A DNA stretch of 62,926 nucleotides, counting the filler, from Sanchytrium tribonematis (Eukaryota): NCBI GenBank assembly GCA_018985235.1. It is 19 parts of 19 records of this genome, joined end to end, with 100 filler letters (N's around TTAATTAATTAA, not from the genome) between each part and the next. Parts side by side here need not be neighbours in the genome. Positions count along the whole stretch, not along the records: positions 58,249 to 59,744 come from JADGIG010001264.1; positions 59,845 to 61,336 come from JADGIG010001265.1; positions 61,437 to 62,926 come from JADGIG010001266.1; 16 more parts are not named here. One strand, 5' to 3'. Position numbers and translations under genes: made by a program. Within the stretch, counting starts at the first letter, position 1; each line of letters opens with the position of its first letter. Under the pieces are notes generated by a model. The model had not been told where the DNA came from, made no database searches, and was given only the letters and a program-made list of their open reading frames with translations. Positions 58,258-62,926 of this stretch are shown here, in pieces.

Positions 58258-59568
58258 ATGGATTTACCAACTTTTAGTATGAAGGAAACTTCAGAAGATG
58301 TCAAAAGACAGAAGGTACATTGGATGAAGCATCCCAAATTTATAGAGAAAACTGACAATATTGTAATAGAACCGTACTTTAGAGACATTTTGGCAAAATC
58401 ATCGTTCGACCAATTTTTACCTGTTCAAAAGGCTATGTTAAAATACGGACTTACTAAAGACGTGTATTTACATACACCAACTGGTTCTGGAAAGACTTTT
58501 GCGTACATTTTATTAATTTTACATCTGCTAAAAGACCGGAAAATTCCTTTATTAAGAATAATAATTGTCGTGCCTTCAAAAGACTTAGTTTATCAGGTGT
58601 TTAAATGTATTGAATCCTTCGGACTTAATGTTGTTACAGCAGGAAACTCAGAAATTTGGAAAGAATATTTAAATTTGGGAAATGCTGATGTATTTATCAC
58701 TACTCCTAACAGACTAGTCCAACAAATTGAAAACGGTTTATCACTTGATCATTTGTACGCTTTAATTATTGACGAGGCAGATAGGCTATTTAATTGGGAG
58801 TGGGTAGAGCAAGTTGTACCAAGATTGCCTCAAAATGACTTTAATCATTTACGAGCTCGTTTGGGCTTGATACCTCATAAAATTTCAAAGAAACATAATT
58901 TTAGAATAGTGCTTGTAAGTGCTACATTGTCGTCGCACTCTTTACTGAATTTAAATCCGGTGTATATTACAAATGAGGGAGAAGGAATCTATACAGTACC
59001 AAAGATGTATCATTTTGCAATAGAGACTGAATCAATGCTTAAACCGTTACACGCTTTATCTTACCTTAAAGAGAACAAAAACACACAGTGTCTAATTTTT
59101 ACAAAAAGTGTTGAAGCCAGTGTAAGATTATCAGAACTTTTGAAAATCATTATACAATCTGAAAACATAAATCTGGATGTAACCAAAATTGAGCATATCA
59201 ATGGAGATCTAAGTGACCAGAAGCGCAAGCAATTATATTGGAGGTTTGAAAATAAGGAAATTAATACACTCATTTGTTCAGATTTAATTGCAAGAGGGAT
59301 CGATCTCGCAGTCGATGCTGTAATTCAATATGATGTGGCGTCCAATCCCAAACAATTTGTCCATAGATGTGGCAGAACCAGTCGAGGTAATAATTTGGGT
59401 AAAAGTGTAATTTTAGTAGAACCAGAGCAACTTCAAATTCTAAAATATCTTAAAAGAATAATTCCCGGTGTTTTTTGGAGAGATACGCTTTGCAAGGAAT
59501 TAAAATTAGAAATTCCTCACATCCAAGCACTTGAAAATGCGGTCACAATTTTACGAGGTCGAAAATAA
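58258..59568 (+). CDS. DBP6: DEAD-box RNA helicase Dbp6/DDX51
   Basis: LPVQ, PTGSGKT.AY, IP.LR, DEADRL, SATL, FTKSVEASVRL, SDLIARGID, HRCGRTSR. Confidence 0.85.
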   Translation: MDLPTFSMKETSEDVKRQKVHWMKHPKFIEKTDNIVIEPYFRDILAKSSFDQFLPVQKAMLKYGLTKDVYLHTPTGSGKTFAYILLILHLLKDRKIPLLRIIIVVPSKDLVYQVFKCIESFGLNVVTAGNSEIWKEYLNLGNADVFITTPNRLVQQIENGLSLDHLYALIIDEADRLFNWEWVEQVVPRLPQNDFNHLRARLGLIPHKISKKHNFRIVLVSATLSSHSLLNLNPVYITNEGEGIYTVPKMYHFAIETESMLKPLHALSYLKENKNTQCLIFTKSVEASVRLSELLKIIIQSENINLDVTKIEHINGDLSDQKRKQLYWRFENKEINTLICSDLIARGIDLAVDAVIQYDVASNPKQFVHRCGRTSRGNNLGKSVILVEPEQLQILKYLKRIIPGVFWRDTLCKELKLEIPHIQALENAVTILRGRK

Positions 59569-59844
59569 ATTGCCAGTATTTCCTTAATATTAAACAATTA
59601 GGAGCTTTAAGTAAAATAATTAATGCTAGTTGAGACGACATAGTCAATTACTTATTTAATATTCAACTGATTATCCAGCAAGCTGATAATGTTCAAAGTG
59701 AAACACTCCGTAAATGAGTAAAAACAAGAAAAATGATATTAAGGNNNNNNNNNNNNNNNNNNNNNNNNNNNNNNNNNNNNNNNNNNNNTTAATTAATTAA
59801 NNNNNNNNNNNNNNNNNNNNNNNNNNNNNNNNNNNNNNNNNNNN

Positions 59845-60433
59845 ACCAATGACCAATTTCATGACTAATTGTATTTGCATGTTTGATTTCGTATTTAGAG
59901 AATACTTTGTCAGCGGATAAGAATATGGCATCTATATTTGAATCATTTGGGTAATTAGACCATCCATTAATGGAATTATTCGTATCTTTGATTTGACCAC
60001 TAAATATATTTAATGCGGTACTGTCTTTTATACCGTATTGATGGTATAAATCAATTTGTTGTTGCTTATTATTGTCATCAATGGGTGTATCGTCTATTTT
60101 AAATGACGAATTATAGATGAATTGAATGGGGAGATCATTATTTTGATATTTGTCATTTAAATGATCAATTATTCGCATAATGGTATGTGTGGATCCATTC
60201 GTCATGTAAAACCAGTTCACATTGAACTGGATGTTATTATTGAGTGCATTTGCAATAGTTTGAATGTCTTGAGATGGATTTGTGGAATTGAAATATTGAT
60301 TCATGATGTGGTGCTTTTTGGGACCATGTGATGGATTATTGGAATCGTGGTAGTTATTGTTTTGATGAGGAACATCGTAGTCATTCTCGAGAGTGGTAAG
60401 GCAATTGAATGCAAATATAGAAGTGAAGATCAT
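59845..60433 (-). CDS. secreted M43 (pappalysin-like) zinc metalloprotease, 5' part
   Basis: ALNIF, GWSNYP, TISHEIGHW. Confidence 0.8.
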
Positions 60434-60598
60434 TTGGAATTCGGAAATAAAAGGATTATAAATATTAAAATGACCCCTAAACAGGTCTAATTGGGATACA
60501 ATCAGGTAGATTTGTCTGATTAGAGCCTACTTAGCCAAATTGATTGGGTCATTGGTCTGATACGAGGCAATTAATTATTGCTTTCAAATTTACAATAT

Positions 60599-61336
60599 TT
60601 ATTGACTTTTATCACTCTTCTCACTATCCCTTCTAAACCATCGTTGTTGATGTGTATATGTCCCAATATCCCTCGTTGTTGGCTTTGGTTTATTAATTAA
60701 TTTCAAATAATCATATCCTTTCTCAGCATCAAAATTCTTAATGGTCAAAGATAAACCAGGAATCAAATTAATACCGTATAATAAAATGACAGTAATCACG
60801 AATGACCACGCAAATGTGACTAGACATGAAATGAATTGCCAAACAATCAACATTTCCCCTTCAATCGCACCTGAGTAAATGATTTTCGTGCCATCTAAAT
60901 CAGACCAATACCGTTGCGCGAATAAACCAGTTTGTAAATTACCCATTATTCCACCTATACCGTGAATCGCAAATACATCCAACTACATGAATTTAAATAA
61001 CGTGATCATCAATTTTTAATTTATCTTTTAAATGTACTGCGCCATAACAAACTGATGTGCCAATAATACCCATTAATAAGGCGTATGGGGGTCCTACAAA
61101 TCCTGCTGCAGGTGTAATAATGACGAGACCCGTCACCACGCCACTACAAAATGCAATTGCAGAATATTTCTTGGTTTTTAAATATACCCAAAATACCCAT
61201 GTTAATGAAGATGCAGCAGCACAGATATTTGTAGTCACAATAGCAGCTGCTGCTCTACCATTTGCAGCACTAGCAGATCCACCATTAAAGCCATTCCATC
61301 CAAACCATAATAATAAAGTACCCAATAACACATTTG
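60599..61336 (-). CDS. ammonium transporter (Amt/Mep), 3' part, 2 exons visible
   Basis: LWFGWNGFNGGS, GLVIITPAAG, IDDH^LDVFAIHGIGG. Confidence 0.95.
60983..61001 (-). other. 19-nt spliceosomal intron (GTTATTTAAATTCATGTAG)
   Basis: Restores the DD.LDVF..HG motif. Confidence 0.93.
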
Positions 61337-61436
61337 NNNNNNNNNNNNNNNNNNNNNNNNNNNNNNNNNNNNNNNNNNNNTTAATTAATTAANNNNNNNN
61401 NNNNNNNNNNNNNNNNNNNNNNNNNNNNNNNNNNNN

Positions 61437-61692
61437 TATTTTACTATTTATTGCAAATATTCTCAAATTTATGGAATTATCGCATTTCTTTCGTCAATCA
61501 TTTCAATTTCAATCTTTTGGATATTGGGCTGTTATATGCTTTATTTTATTGAGTATTTTATTGATTGTAGGTATTGGCAATGGATTATATGGATTTATGA
61601 GTCATTTAAATCAACAAATAATTTTGATTTTGAGTGCGTGTTTCGGGATCATTGGATCTATTGATTTATTGATGGAATTGTTGTTTACTTGA
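61437..61692 (+). CDS. 3' part of an unknown multi-pass membrane protein
   Basis: Hydrophobic open frame ending TGA-TAAATAAA. Confidence 0.5.
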
Positions 61693-61751
61693 TAAATAAA
61701 TGTATTCTGATTATTGTACGACAAGGAGTGTGAGGGTGAAATCATTTTAAA

Positions 61752-62660
61752 ATGATGTTGATTTTATTAATATTTGGCACATTAAATATTTTACATGAGC
61801 GTGTCGACACCAATTCAAATCGAATAAAATTCACTAGAATATATCATGATGATTCTAAAAATGTAGTCATTAAAGAAAAATGCACTCCAACTGACCAATC
61901 TCAAAAATTGAAGGAAAGATTGCAACAGGAGCTTGATTTGATGTCAGAATTAGATCATCCTAATATTATAAAGATTCTTACTGACTTGAAGGAAGTATCC
62001 ATTCCAAATTATCTACAAATCTACAAAAGTGACATCGATGTAAAAATAGATGAAACAACTTATACATGTTTTTCTTATGAAATGCCATATTATAAGATGG
62101 ATTTAGCACAGTGTATTCATTCAATTGACAAAAGCGACTCTTTAAATTTCATAAATATTATTAAAAATGTCGCACGCCAATTATTAACAGCAGTCTCATT
62201 CTTGCATTCTCAAGGCATATTCCATCGGGATATTAAACCGAATAACATTTTAGTGGATCAAAGTACTCAACCACCCACATTTATTTTGACTGATTTTGGA
62301 TTTGCAACAACGGATAGAATCAGTCGGAAATTAGCAGGTACGCCCTACTTTTTACCACAAGAAATATTAAATCCATATCTAGATGGTCAAGATATACCAG
62401 CATATAATTGTGAGGAAATGGATATCTTTCAGATTGGAGCCACTATTGGATTATTGTATCTGGATTTTGCAAAAATACCAAAGTCAAATTTTTATAACGA
62501 TTTAAATCAATTTGATACGCCAAAAGATGACTGGGTACAATTATTTGCATTTGTAAATTATTTGTGCAATGACAGACCAGCTGCAATAAACGCGATGAAA
62601 CACCCTTTTGTTAAAGAAAGATTTCTTAAAACAATATTGAAATTTTTAAATCTAGTTTAA
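61752..62660 (+). CDS. Ser/Thr kinase with short hydrophobic leader (putatively secreted)
   Basis: VVIK, HPNII, HRDIKPNN, DFG, AGTPYFLPQE; N-terminus MMLILLIFG; no glycine-rich loop. Confidence 0.85.
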   Translation: MMLILLIFGTLNILHERVDTNSNRIKFTRIYHDDSKNVVIKEKCTPTDQSQKLKERLQQELDLMSELDHPNIIKILTDLKEVSIPNYLQIYKSDIDVKIDETTYTCFSYEMPYYKMDLAQCIHSIDKSDSLNFINIIKNVARQLLTAVSFLHSQGIFHRDIKPNNILVDQSTQPPTFILTDFGFATTDRISRKLAGTPYFLPQEILNPYLDGQDIPAYNCEEMDIFQIGATIGLLYLDFAKIPKSNFYNDLNQFDTPKDDWVQLFAFVNYLCNDRPAAINAMKHPFVKERFLKTILKFLNLV

Positions 62661-62926
62661 ATGCACATGGAAATCCAACATCATTAACTAATAAATTCAA
62701 CTAATATAAAAAATGTGATTTCAAATGTTGTGTCTAAATGTGACATCCCTTTTAGATCAATCTATATATTTTCAGCACATACGCACTATTAAAATGAAAT
62801 TACCTGATGATGTGCTCTATTTAATATTCAAATATAATAAATCATCCCAATATTTATTAAATAAGAAATTCACCATCCAATATTTAAAACCATTTGCCAA
62901 TATGATCATTTATAATGAGAAATATG

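Noticed and set aside
1077..59273. Many short ORFs antisense to or nested in long genes (e.g. 1077-1511, 4571-4948, 6816-7184, 13372-13635, 28098-28430, 56573-57109)
   Set aside because: Shadow frames of real CDSs with no recognisable motifs
17342..61436. Regularly spaced TTAATTAATTAA repeats flanked by N runs
   Set aside because: Artificial six-frame-stop contig linkers. The small contigs fall steadily in length from 1600 to 1490 nt, consistent with sorted concatenation. Not a CRISPR array or biological repeat, and ORFs containing X runs are artefacts at that end.

Overview
This is a eukaryotic, AT-rich and extremely gene-dense sequence using the standard genetic code. Gene content points to an early-diverging, probably parasitic fungus (inference). 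It is not one locus: 19 contigs are joined by 18 artificial 100-nt linkers (N44-TTAATTAATTAA-N44), so adjacency only has meaning within a contig. Two ~17 kb contigs (1-17341 and 31004-48258) carry housekeeping genes spaced mostly tens of nt apart: COG2, STE11, PUF6, SH3-MyTH4-FERM, CLF1, RGP1, TMCO1, SNF5, Myb, PRP31, SRP54, CDO1, RNH201, UBC6, ArfGAP, TRA1, SWD2-like, CNOT11-like, TRM2 and HUS1. The ~1.5 kb contigs carry single genes, effector-like genes (Crinkler-like, kinase-Sel1, M43 protease, a putatively secreted kinase) and transposon fragments (two LINE RTs, one piggyBac). Main observation: frame breaks or premature ends in host genes and in the piggyBac transposase are repaired by GT-AG introns of exactly 19 nt. 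There are nine well supported cases plus two consensus-based candidates, all with invariant T12 and A14 (branch A at -6). Alongside this are a 5'-truncated Prp31, a CTCC/GGAG motif next to many start codons, AATAAA fused to stop codons, overlapping head-to-head genes and apparently ultra-short signal peptides. All gene names come from motif recognition by eye; no database search was run.
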